DNA of 64,000 nucleotides from a virus: positions 9,294 through 73,293 of IMG/VR virus record IMGVR_UViG_3300035670_000147. One strand, written 5' to 3'. The notes under the pieces are model-generated. The model was not told the DNA's origin. It did not search any database and saw only the letters and a list, made by a program, of their open reading frames with translations. The position numbers were made by a program, and so were the translations under genes. Position 1 is the stretch's first letter; each line of letters opens with the position of its first letter. This document shows, one piece after another, positions 55,253 to 64,000 of this stretch.

Positions 55253-56269
55253 ATGGAACTGGTTGAAAACGTTTACGTCTCTGACTTCACCAAAAAAACG
55301 CTGGAGCAATTTGGCTGGAAAACCGGCGACGCTATCCCCGCCGACCTTGGCGGTTTGATGATCAAAATGAAAGAAACGTTGCCTACGTCAAAACGCGACG
55401 ACGTTTTGGTCGACAAGGACGTTATGTCTGAAGAACAGGTTGAAACAGTCACAAATATGCTGCGCGAAGCGCGGGACCTCGGGCGCAAGAAAAAGAAGGA
55501 AGAAGAGTTAAACGAACAAACAAAAAATATGGCCGACAGCGTCAGTGAAGTTTACAAGCAAATCGTAAAGGCGACTGAAGGGCCAGAAATTATTGACGAC
55601 CGAGAAGAAGCAGCCAGTCAAAGCGAACCACCAGCGCCCGCGGCAGCACCAGAAAAGCCGGAAGAAAAAAAAGAAGAGCCAGCGCCTGCAACAGCAGCAA
55701 CACCCCAGCCCGAAGAAAATTTGCGGCCGGCCGTTGTCGCGTACTGCCCGCGCTGCGGCTGGGACATGCGGCAAAAATTCGACATTGTCCCGACAGACCG
55801 GGACAAAGAGGATTTTATTGCAACGCTGCTGGGCGGCTCGCGATTTAAGAAAAAGTACGAGTTGTTTGGCGGTAAAGTTGTGATTACGTTTCGCAGCCTG
55901 CTCGCCGAAGAGAACAAACTGGTATACCGCCAGTTAGTGCTCGACCAGCAAAAAAACAAAGTAGCCACCGAAGCCGAATGGTTCGTGCAAATGATGGACT
56001 ACCGGCTGGCCTGCTCGCTGGAGACGATCGCGGACAAGAAAGGCAAAGTTATCGCCTCAATTCCGCTGCTGGAAGAAATGAATTGGGACGGAAATAGCGA
56101 CGAACCGCTTGCCACTCCGCTTCCTAAACAATTAGCGTTAGTAAACCAACACTTGGCTCAAGAAGCAACAAGGCGCCTTGTCGGCACGCACCTCCGACAA
56201 TTTCAACGGCTCCTTGAAGGCCTTGAAGCCATGGCGCTTGAACCAAATTTTTGGAACGGGATCGAATAG
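55253..56269 (+). CDS. Tail assembly chaperone (G-like)
   Basis: Two genes upstream of the tape measure; ends at a slippery heptamer. Confidence 0.65.
   Translation: MELVENVYVSDFTKKTLEQFGWKTGDAIPADLGGLMIKMKETLPTSKRDDVLVDKDVMSEEQVETVTNMLREARDLGRKKKKEEELNEQTKNMADSVSEVYKQIVKATEGPEIIDDREEAASQSEPPAPAAAPEKPEEKKEEPAPATAATPQPEENLRPAVVAYCPRCGWDMRQKFDIVPTDRDKEDFIATLLGGSRFKKKYELFGGKVVITFRSLLAEENKLVYRQLVLDQQKNKVATEAEWFVQMMDYRLACSLETIADKKGKVIASIPLLEEMNWDGNSDEPLATPLPKQLALVNQHLAQEATRRLVGTHLRQFQRLLEGLEAMALEPNFWNGIE
56245..56251 (+). other. -1 programmed ribosomal frameshift site A_AAT_TTT
   Basis: X_XXY_YYZ in the frame of 55253; the -1 frame continues into ORF 56251..56679. Confidence 0.75.
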
Positions 56270-56679
56270 CAGCCTACATGGTGCGGGCTGCAGTATCGGG
56301 GGCCGTCGACTACTCCCGAGCCGATCCCACGGATACTCGCTGGCGCATTAAGCACCGACTCGTGCTGCTGGAAATGCAGCGGCGAGAGAATCAGCACGTG
56401 CTGGAATATACGCACCGGCACTGGTGCGCATATTTAGCGCACGGCGCCCTGACCGAAGAAAGTTTCGGGAACGTCAAAAAGAATGCGGGAGAGACGCTTA
56501 TTGACCTGCAAAACAACGTATTTCCGTGGAGTGCTAAGCCCGCGAGCGAAGAAAAACCCGATGGCGAAAAAGAAGAAACAGAGGCGCAAAACAGTAAAAT
56601 AGACCCTGAAACCAAAAAGATGATCGAAAAGTTTAAAATTTGGCGCCACGGAAACGCACAGAGCGGCGATAAAAAATGA
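56251..56679 (+). CDS. Tail assembly chaperone frameshift extension (T-like)
   Basis: -1 frame overlap with the upstream gene; no clear RBS; stop overlaps the tape measure start. Confidence 0.65.
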   Translation: MERDRIAAYMVRAAVSGAVDYSRADPTDTRWRIKHRLVLLEMQRRENQHVLEYTHRHWCAYLAHGALTEESFGNVKKNAGETLIDLQNNVFPWSAKPASEEKPDGEKEETEAQNSKIDPETKKMIEKFKIWRHGNAQSGDKK

Positions 56680-59600
56680 CAATGATGGGTGGCCAAACAC
56701 AGCCGTTTCTGTATCCCGGCATGTATAACCCGGGGCAGTTTGCATTCGGCAACAACGCCGAAATGTCGAACTTGATATCTATGATGGCCATGCCGATTTT
56801 GGGGCAAATGGCCGGGCCGGGTAATTTTTTGCCGCACATGATGCCCGGGCAGGCGCTGTTCGATCAGTTCACAATGCGGAACTATCAGCAGCAGACGCAA
56901 GCGGCTACGTACCAAATTGCCGGCGCGCAAAACGACGAACTAGCCACCCGCTTGCTTGGCGGTCGGTCTATTTTTACGCCCGAAGGGGCCACTGATTTAA
57001 ATAAATCGCAAGCGTCGAATATCGCCGGAATGTTAAACAACCCGATGGTGAAAAGCCTGATGGGTATGGCGCTCGGACCGGATAACGTCGAAGCGCTGTT
57101 ACACGGCAGCAAGGGCGACATTCAAAGCCTAGGGTCCTCTATAAATCAGATTGGTTATTTTCGGCGCGACCCGGGCGGCGGCGGGCGCATGGACTCCGAA
57201 TCGCTAGAAGACCTCACGACCGGCATATTTTCACACTTGTACGAGCCCCAAGAAGATTTAGGCAAATTATCCGAGCAAGCCAAGGCCGGCGATGAGCGCG
57301 CCATGAAGCGCCTGCGAGAAGCGTCTAACACGATGGACGATCAGGTTGTCGTGTCTGACGACGACGTTCAAACGCGCTTACGAAATAAAGGCGACACAGA
57401 AGTCGGTCGGCTGTACGAAAAATACGTGCAGGGCGGCACCGCTACAGACGCCGAGACGCAAGCCAAAGAACTTGTTAAATTTGACCGCGCAATCAAAGAA
57501 GCGGGCGTGATCGGGGGCGGAGAAACAACTTTTGGCCGAATGCAGGACCGCGCAGAAAGAATGCCGGTCGATGAAATGCACGGCTTTATGGCTGGGCAGG
57601 TCGGGCAACTAACTGAGAACCTTGCGCAGCGCGGCATATTGCCGCCCAGCATCGGCAGCCTATCTGCGCGCGAGCGCGTCGGGGCCGTCGCCGAAACAAA
57701 ATTAGACGACGCCACGCTGGACAGATTAGCGCAAACAATGGCGCGCCGTGATTTACAGTCCGGCGACAGCGACGCGGCTATTAAATACCGCGAAGCCGTT
57801 GCCGCCGGAGACGAAACCGCTAAAAGCCGGATTCTAGAAGAAGCCGCAGCCGGGCATGCGTCTGGTTTGCGCGCCACCAAAGAAGAAGCCGAAAAGTTCG
57901 CCCGCGGCGAGAGCACTAAATCTGCGGAAGAAATTTTGCAAGGCGCCGGCGGCGAAGCGTTGGCAGGTAACGTCGACGCCAGCCGCTCCGCCGAAAAAAT
58001 AAAGGGATACACGGACGCCCTGTCAGCCGTGCGCGATATCTTTGGCGACAACGGCAACCCGAACGCCCCGATGCCTGCGCTAATGGCGATGCTTGACCAT
58101 TTAGCGCAGGGCGGCATGGGCAGCATGGACCCGAAACGTGCCGCATCCACGTTGCGTTCTATGCAAACGCTGGCGCGCGAAACGGGCACAGGAATGCAAC
58201 AACTTGCGCAGATGTCTTCCGTGGCCGGCAATATGGGCCAGCAACTCGGACTGGCCCCGAGCATCACAATGCAAAACGTCGCCGCCACGATGGGCATGAC
58301 AAAAGCCGCGATGGACAGCGGCGCCTTTAGCACCGGCACGTTCGGGACAATGAACAAGGAGCAGTTTCAAAATCAAACGTTGCAAATGCTGCAAGAAGGC
58401 GACGCGTCTGGGAACGCGAAATCCATGGCGGCACTGGCGCGCATTTACGAAATGGACCCCGACAAGTTTAAGGGCACAGAACTTGAGGCGGCCATGGCGG
58501 CGTACAACGATCCGAACAGTGATGGCACATACACGTTTACCGATCCGGCGACAGGCGAAAGTGTTACGCGCAATATTTACGAGGATATCGGTAAGGGCCG
58601 GCAATTCGCGGCGCAAGATTTGCTGACAGACTCCGGCGGTTCTGTTGAAGATTTTCACGCGTCGCTGCATGACCCGCTTACACAACAGTTTGCTCGCGCC
58701 GGCGCCGGCTACATGACGCAAAAACACGAACGTATTCAAGAGTTGAGCGCGTACGTTACTGAAGGCACAATCCGGTCGCGAATGGCTGGCACAGACACGC
58801 TCAACGACATGGGCGACGACGAAATCATGGCCGCCGGCGAAGTAATTACCGGCATGATGCTTGATTCTGCAGATATGGGTCCAGACGCACAAATGGACTA
58901 CATGCAGAACAACATGGAAGAAAAACTAACTGCGCACTTTAAAGATCAAGGAAAAGACGAAGCCACTGCGAAAAAAATGGCGCAAGAAATGACCCAAAAA
59001 ATGACCGGGGACAGGTCGGCGCTAAATCGCATGATTGCAAATACCGGCACGGTTGCGCATCAAGTCTACGGGCAAAATCTCGCCGCTATGTCGCAGCAAT
59101 ACGGACATAATCGCGATGTTTACGGCATGTTAGAGCAGGGTAACGCGCAGGCCCGGGCCGAGGCGCAAAAAAGAATGGTGGGTTATGAGAGCACGATTGG
59201 GCAGCGGGCGTCCGATTATCTTCTCGACATCGGGAAGAAGGGGGAGAAGTTTAATCTTGATCAGTTTATGAAAGCGATGGCGCCCGTAATTGGCGACGAT
59301 GAAGTGCTTCGCCAATTTTCTGGCGAAATGGGCGCAGGCATGAGCACCGCGGCCAAAATGCGCGACCAGTATCAAGTCACGCAAAAGCACATCGACACGC
59401 TCGCCGAAAAATCGCGCGGTGGAGACGCCGCTGCGATGAAAGAGTTGCGCCGACTGGGTAACGTCGCTGACGACGTAAAAGTTATATCGTCAAAAGAAAT
59501 TGACGACGCTCGTGAAGAAAAAATCAGCAAACTCGAAGGCGACGATTTAGAAAAAGCGTATTCACAAGCCTTCGGCGGTTCTGGCGCCCACCTCACTCCA

Positions 59601-60875
59601 GAGCAGAAAAAAGAAGCACTTCGCAAAAGCGAAAGTTATCGCAACACGTTTTCTAAACAATACAAAGACGAGCAGCGAAGCCGAAAAGACGGCAAGTACA
59701 TTACAGAAGAAGAGTTGGAGTCGCGCGCGGCCGGCAGTCTTGGGAAGGCGCTTACAGCCGATGTTGAAGGCGACCTTAAAGACATCGAGTCGGTGCAGCG
59801 CGCGTTTGAGCAGGGACAAAGCAAAGACGCGCTGCAAGGCGGCGTTGATGCCATGTTCCGCCTAAAAGGTTTGAAGGGCGCGTTTAGCGGTATGAGCGCC
59901 AAAGATAAAAAAGCGCTCGAAGAAGCCATCACGACAGAGGGCGACAGTAAAGACGCAATTCTAAAAAGTTTTGGGTTAAGCGAAGAGGAGTATCAGAAGG
60001 GTCTGCAATCGGCGGAAAAGAGCGACAAGCAAAAAGCCGCCGAGATCGCGATGGGGCTCGACGCCGCGCATAAATATGACATGGATAAGATGGCGCAAGA
60101 TGCCGCGCAGAAAGTCGAAAAAGCCGAGATCGACGCCACCACCGTCACGATTAACGCAGACCGCGTCGAAGGCGGCGGTGCCGGCGCCGGAGGCGCTGCC
60201 GCTGGCGCCGCGGCCGTTCAGGCGCCCGGGGCAGCCTTACCAAGCGACATGGCCGGCATTGACGCTGAACTCGCGGCAATTGAGGAGCGCAACGCAGATA
60301 ACTGGTGGGATTACGACGCCCCGGATAAAGAACGCCGCGCCGAGTTGATGAAAAAGAAAGAAGAACTCGCGCAGAAAGAAATGGACGAAAAGACACGTCC
60401 AAAAGACGCCGCCGAAACAAAACCGGACAAACCCGCTGATCCGCCACACAAACCGCCAGAGGAGGCCACTAAAACGCCACCGGGGGCCGACGGGCAGCCG
60501 CCGCCCGGCTCGGATGTTGCGCAAAGCGAGTCTGCGCAGCGCGGCGCAGAGGCGGCGGCTACAGTCAACGCACAGCAGTCTGCCGCGGCGGCCATACCGG
60601 ACGCAACGGCGGCTACTGGCACGTCGGGCGCCACGTCGGCAAATGTGACGCCGGCGGCTACAAGTTCTCCGCAGCAACAACCCGCCCCGGCGACTACCGC
60701 TGGCGGCGGTGGCGGCGGTGGTGGCGGTGGCGGCGGGCCTATTACTGTAACCGGCACCGTAAGCCTCTCAAATTTACGCGAAGGCGTGTTGGAGTTAGTC
60801 AGCCAAAACGCAATTCATCCCCCGGCTAACGGCTCGCCGATTGTGCCGGACCCTGCGCCCAACCATGTCGGCTAG
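56676..60875 (+). CDS. Tape measure protein
   Basis: 1399 aa, Ala/Gly/Met-rich and helical; follows the chaperone pair. Confidence 0.75.
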   Translation: MTMMGGQTQPFLYPGMYNPGQFAFGNNAEMSNLISMMAMPILGQMAGPGNFLPHMMPGQALFDQFTMRNYQQQTQAATYQIAGAQNDELATRLLGGRSIFTPEGATDLNKSQASNIAGMLNNPMVKSLMGMALGPDNVEALLHGSKGDIQSLGSSINQIGYFRRDPGGGGRMDSESLEDLTTGIFSHLYEPQEDLGKLSEQAKAGDERAMKRLREASNTMDDQVVVSDDDVQTRLRNKGDTEVGRLYEKYVQGGTATDAETQAKELVKFDRAIKEAGVIGGGETTFGRMQDRAERMPVDEMHGFMAGQVGQLTENLAQRGILPPSIGSLSARERVGAVAETKLDDATLDRLAQTMARRDLQSGDSDAAIKYREAVAAGDETAKSRILEEAAAGHASGLRATKEEAEKFARGESTKSAEEILQGAGGEALAGNVDASRSAEKIKGYTDALSAVRDIFGDNGNPNAPMPALMAMLDHLAQGGMGSMDPKRAASTLRSMQTLARETGTGMQQLAQMSSVAGNMGQQLGLAPSITMQNVAATMGMTKAAMDSGAFSTGTFGTMNKEQFQNQTLQMLQEGDASGNAKSMAALARIYEMDPDKFKGTELEAAMAAYNDPNSDGTYTFTDPATGESVTRNIYEDIGKGRQFAAQDLLTDSGGSVEDFHASLHDPLTQQFARAGAGYMTQKHERIQELSAYVTEGTIRSRMAGTDTLNDMGDDEIMAAGEVITGMMLDSADMGPDAQMDYMQNNMEEKLTAHFKDQGKDEATAKKMAQEMTQKMTGDRSALNRMIANTGTVAHQVYGQNLAAMSQQYGHNRDVYGMLEQGNAQARAEAQKRMVGYESTIGQRASDYLLDIGKKGEKFNLDQFMKAMAPVIGDDEVLRQFSGEMGAGMSTAAKMRDQYQVTQKHIDTLAEKSRGGDAAAMKELRRLGNVADDVKVISSKEIDDAREEKISKLEGDDLEKAYSQAFGGSGAHLTPEQKKEALRKSESYRNTFSKQYKDEQRSRKDGKYITEEELESRAAGSLGKALTADVEGDLKDIESVQRAFEQGQSKDALQGGVDAMFRLKGLKGAFSGMSAKDKKALEEAITTEGDSKDAILKSFGLSEEEYQKGLQSAEKSDKQKAAEIAMGLDAAHKYDMDKMAQDAAQKVEKAEIDATTVTINADRVEGGGAGAGGAAAGAAAVQAPGAALPSDMAGIDAELAAIEERNADNWWDYDAPDKERRAELMKKKEELAQKEMDEKTRPKDAAETKPDKPADPPHKPPEEATKTPPGADGQPPPGSDVAQSESAQRGAEAAATVNAQQSAAAAIPDATAATGTSGATSANVTPAATSSPQQQPAPATTAGGGGGGGGGGGGPITVTGTVSLSNLREGVLELVSQNAIHPPANGSPIVPDPAPNHVG

Positions 60876-60882
60876 GTGACGT

Positions 60883-61368
60883 ATGTCTAATTTAGTTTTC
60901 ACGCCATGCACCGGCGCCGTAGAAGTCACCCGAACGGGGTGCACGGACGAAGATTTTTTAACAATCACAATCGACGGCAGCAAATTCACTAGCGAATTTA
61001 TTTTGCAGGGCGTCACGTTAGAGATGTCCGGTAACTATCAGTTTTTGCATACCGTTAATGATTTTGTGTACTTCTATTCGTTCGGTGACCGCGTCGGGAT
61101 GCTGACTGTTACTGGAATCGGTTTTTTGAAAACATGTCAGGGCGCGAAAGAAGGCGCCAACATTTTTCAAATCTACAAATACTACAATGACAATAAAGCC
61201 GTCGCACGCGAAGGGAAAGCGTTAAATGTCGTGCTCACGGCGCCAAGTGGGCCGCCGATCAGGTTGCACGGTTTTCTGACAGGCATGAAAATAGACGTCA
61301 ATCAAAGCGAAACCGGGCCCGTCGGATATTGGACGTTGCGGCTAGAAGTGTTGCCGCAAAAAGAATAA
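60883..61368 (+). CDS. Baseplate/tail-tube initiator-like protein
   Basis: Follows the tape measure; YFYSFGDRVGMLTVTG pattern. Confidence 0.5.
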   Translation: MSNLVFTPCTGAVEVTRTGCTDEDFLTITIDGSKFTSEFILQGVTLEMSGNYQFLHTVNDFVYFYSFGDRVGMLTVTGIGFLKTCQGAKEGANIFQIYKYYNDNKAVAREGKALNVVLTAPSGPPIRLHGFLTGMKIDVNQSETGPVGYWTLRLEVLPQKE

Positions 61369-61370
61369 AC

Positions 61371-62369
61371 ATGATCAATCACGCGCGTACACTGCTGTTA
61401 AATCAAGCCCGTCGCAAAACTCACTACAGCGACATTGGCTACGAGTACGTACCGCCAGAATTTCGCCCGGTAACGCTCACGCCAACACTGCAACTAGTTC
61501 GGCAATTATTGTTCGGCTCTACCCCGGACAACTATTTTTTGAACTATCGGTGCCGCGAGTTGTTGTCTTATGTACACGCAACTGAACTCGAAGAATATAT
61601 CTATCGTTTTGATCCTCGCGTCACGTACTGGCCTGAGACGCACAAACCATTTTTTGAGCCCACCAGCAAGCGCGTCGTAATTAATCAAACGTACGGTACG
61701 CCTTACCGCTTTAACGTCACAGGAAGCCTGCAATCACTCAACTCGCTGGGCCACGCAAATCGTCAGTACACAATTGACTTGTTTAAAACAAACATCGGCG
61801 GCGAAGTTGTGATGCAACTTAAGTTGCAGCGCGTCGGTTCGCGTGCCGCGCCAATTGTCGAAACTGTACAAAGTTTTGACTCGACACCCGTACTCGTACT
61901 GCCAGAAACAGACATTAAATTGAGACTAACGCTGCGCGCGCCGATACTAGGCGAAACGTTACTCGCGAGTGAACGAGACAACAATTTTCAAATTGAAACT
62001 TATTCTGAAGGTTTTAACTCATTTCTTACTACGGAGCCGTTTGGTTTACGGCGTATTACCAGCGATAACGACGCGCTAACTTTAATCGAAGTCTATTCAG
62101 CAAGCAGCGTGGCGGCTGAAACAGACACAGGGCTAATTGCGCGTTGGTTCGTAGAAACCAAAGCCACCCCCGAACCAATTCTCACGTCAGCGATAGCGGG
62201 GTTAGAACTAATTGGAGAGCCGGCCAGTATCGAATTGTTTGGCTTCAAAAATGAAGAACCTTATTTGACGTTCAAAAATTTGTGGTTTGACCATCCGTTG
62301 CCGGTTTACAGATTAAACGGTATGGTATTGGCTCTTATCTACCGCACCGAGGAGTTACGCGGCCGATGA
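61371..62369 (+). CDS. Putative baseplate protein
   Basis: 332 aa in the baseplate region. Confidence 0.5.
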   Translation: MINHARTLLLNQARRKTHYSDIGYEYVPPEFRPVTLTPTLQLVRQLLFGSTPDNYFLNYRCRELLSYVHATELEEYIYRFDPRVTYWPETHKPFFEPTSKRVVINQTYGTPYRFNVTGSLQSLNSLGHANRQYTIDLFKTNIGGEVVMQLKLQRVGSRAAPIVETVQSFDSTPVLVLPETDIKLRLTLRAPILGETLLASERDNNFQIETYSEGFNSFLTTEPFGLRRITSDNDALTLIEVYSASSVAAETDTGLIARWFVETKATPEPILTSAIAGLELIGEPASIELFGFKNEEPYLTFKNLWFDHPLPVYRLNGMVLALIYRTEELRGR

Positions 62370-64000
62370 CGTCACAATTAGACCCGCCATATATCCGCAC
62401 TGAATTCAAGTTAGAAGCGATTTTCAAGCATCGCCGCGGGGGAGAAACAAAGTTTGAAGACATCGTCGGGATGTCGGCGTCGTTTCCTTTAAACACAATA
62501 CCATCGGCGTCGCTCGAAGTTCCAACGGGACTGGAAGTGCGCACGCAAAAACGCGCGACGATTCACGACGTCATTGAGAAATTGGAGCCGCGCGATCGTT
62601 GCTTGGTGTATCTAGAAATTAAGTCAACTGACGGTTATTTAAAGGCGCCGATCACGAACGGCATGAAAGACGGCCGCTATTTGATATTTGACGGCTATTA
62701 TGCGGGCATTGGTTACCAGCGCAGCCACAGCCACTGCAATTACACCATACATTTAATCCACTGGCTGGACGACTTGAATTGCTCGTCCATGCTTAACGGT
62801 GATTGGTCGCAAGGCACTCCCCACGACTTAACGCAGGCTGCGTCACACATTGTTGTTAGCGATTTAACGGGCGGCAGCGGCGGCCAAGTTACGCGCGGCG
62901 GAACTGGTGTGCGCGGCATCCCGCTTATTGACAATGAATACCCGTCGCCCGGCGGCAAAACAATTGTGACAACCACAAATATGGAAGAAGATTTGTGGGA
63001 AAAAGTCATCAAAAAAATTCTCACCACTATCGCCAAGATGCGGCACCCGCGGCTGCAGTGCAAAAAGCCAGACGGCTCAGAACCAGACCCGCCGCCGGGC
63101 GGGGCTGAAGACGCGGATAATGCGCGTAAACCAAAAGATAATAACGAAGCCGCGATAGCGGCTTTAGATCGGATGCCCGGTAGGGCGCCGGAAAAATACA
63201 AAGCAAAATTACCGCTGAACCTTCGTGGGTTTGAGTCAGGCGAGCCGTTTGCCTATATGAGCCTGTCTGCGCACGACGGACTTTGTCGAATGATTATGGA
63301 CGGTATGGGCTACAACTCTTTTTGGAGCAAACTTGTCGGGGACTTGGGGCCGTCATTTTTATTCGCGATCTCGCCGTGTGTTGACTACGCACAGGCAATT
63401 CCGTTTTTTCCCGGGCTACATACGCCGTACGTTACGATTACAGGCGAAGAGTACAACTACGCGAACTTTAACGTAAACTGCGCGCACATGATCAGTAGCA
63501 TCATTATTTACTGGGCGCCGCAAGCAGACGGCTCGCAGGCGCAGATGGGCGGCAAACTTTCAGCCATTCACGGTTACTGCCGACCTGCCGGCATGTATCC
63601 CGTAGACCCGGCAGATCACGATCATCATTGGGGAAACATTCTCGTTCGTGACCCGCCCGCGTGGTTAGCCAACCCTGTGTACACAATGGGCTACACGCGC
63701 GAACAGCATTTAAACTACCGCGGGCGATCGGCCGCCCGGCCGCAAAAGGGGGAGCAGCCCAATCCAGAAGCGAAAGACACACATCGCGAATGCGAAGACA
63801 CGTATTTAAACAAATCTAAAGACGACATTGACGGAAAAAGTTTAAACATTTACGACCGCTTCGCCAGTCATTGGTATAAGTCAGCAATTCTTGGTCAACG
63901 TCACGGCGAGATATCTGGCAAACTAAGATTCGACATCGCGCCGGGAAGCATTGTTAAAATTATGCCGCCCATCACTTCAATCGGCAAAGAAAACACGCCG
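62366..64000 (+). CDS. Putative baseplate hub protein (3' truncated by window edge)
   Basis: ATGA overlap at 62366; frame appears open to the window end; GEISGKLRFDIAPGSIVKI resembles the gp27/gpD-type hub C-terminus. Confidence 0.55.
   Translation, partial: MTSQLDPPYIRTEFKLEAIFKHRRGGETKFEDIVGMSASFPLNTIPSASLEVPTGLEVRTQKRATIHDVIEKLEPRDRCLVYLEIKSTDGYLKAPITNGMKDGRYLIFDGYYAGIGYQRSHSHCNYTIHLIHWLDDLNCSSMLNGDWSQGTPHDLTQAASHIVVSDLTGGSGGQVTRGGTGVRGIPLIDNEYPSPGGKTIVTTTNMEEDLWEKVIKKILTTIAKMRHPRLQCKKPDGSEPDPPPGGAEDADNARKPKDNNEAAIAALDRMPGRAPEKYKAKLPLNLRGFESGEPFAYMSLSAHDGLCRMIMDGMGYNSFWSKLVGDLGPSFLFAISPCVDYAQAIPFFPGLHTPYVTITGEEYNYANFNVNCAHMISSIIIYWAPQADGSQAQMGGKLSAIHGYCRPAGMYPVDPADHDHHWGNILVRDPPAWLANPVYTMGYTREQHLNYRGRSAARPQKGEQPNPEAKDTHRECEDTYLNKSKDDIDGKSLNIYDRFASHWYKSAILGQRHGEISGKLRFDIAPGSIVKIMPPITSIGKENTP

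Noticed and set aside
1-64000. Stop-codon reassignment, as seen in some large phages
   Set aside because: Genes are full-length under the standard code; TAA, TGA and TAG all end genes at sensible boundaries; no suppressor tRNA was seen.

Overview
This is a 64-kb segment of a large myovirus-like (jumbo) phage genome. Essentially all real genes are on the + strand and use the standard genetic code. From 1 to 19 kb are accessory genes: SNF2 helicase, glycosyltransferase, PD-(D/E)xK nuclease, ferritin, tRNA-Asn, FkbM methyltransferase, HAD hydrolase, an actin-family ATPase, a holin, an MMP-like metalloprotease and a papain-like protease. From 19.5 to 41.8 kb is a head module. It holds a phage multisubunit RNA polymerase (beta fused to the N-half of beta', with the beta' C-half as a separate gene), many K-x-A-rich putative internal proteins, a prohead protease, scaffold, decoration protein and major capsid protein. 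From 41.8 to 45.7 kb an island interrupts the neck genes; it carries a repeated dyad, a MoxR/vWA pair and a ~550-nt structured non-coding region. From 45.7 to 64 kb are neck genes, tail sheath and tube, a spike/hub protein, a tail chaperone with a -1 frameshift, the tape measure and baseplate genes. The most notable signals are (i) CsrA-like ANGGAN-hexaloop hairpins at about a dozen sites, mostly over ribosome-binding sites and including those of capsid and sheath; (ii) an apparent K-x-A proteolytic maturation code, including a 2H-phosphoesterase/Nudix polyprotein; (iii) the rearranged RNA polymerase lacking both beta' zinc sites; and (iv) two unassigned structured RNAs. All calls come from motif recognition by eye; no database searches were run.
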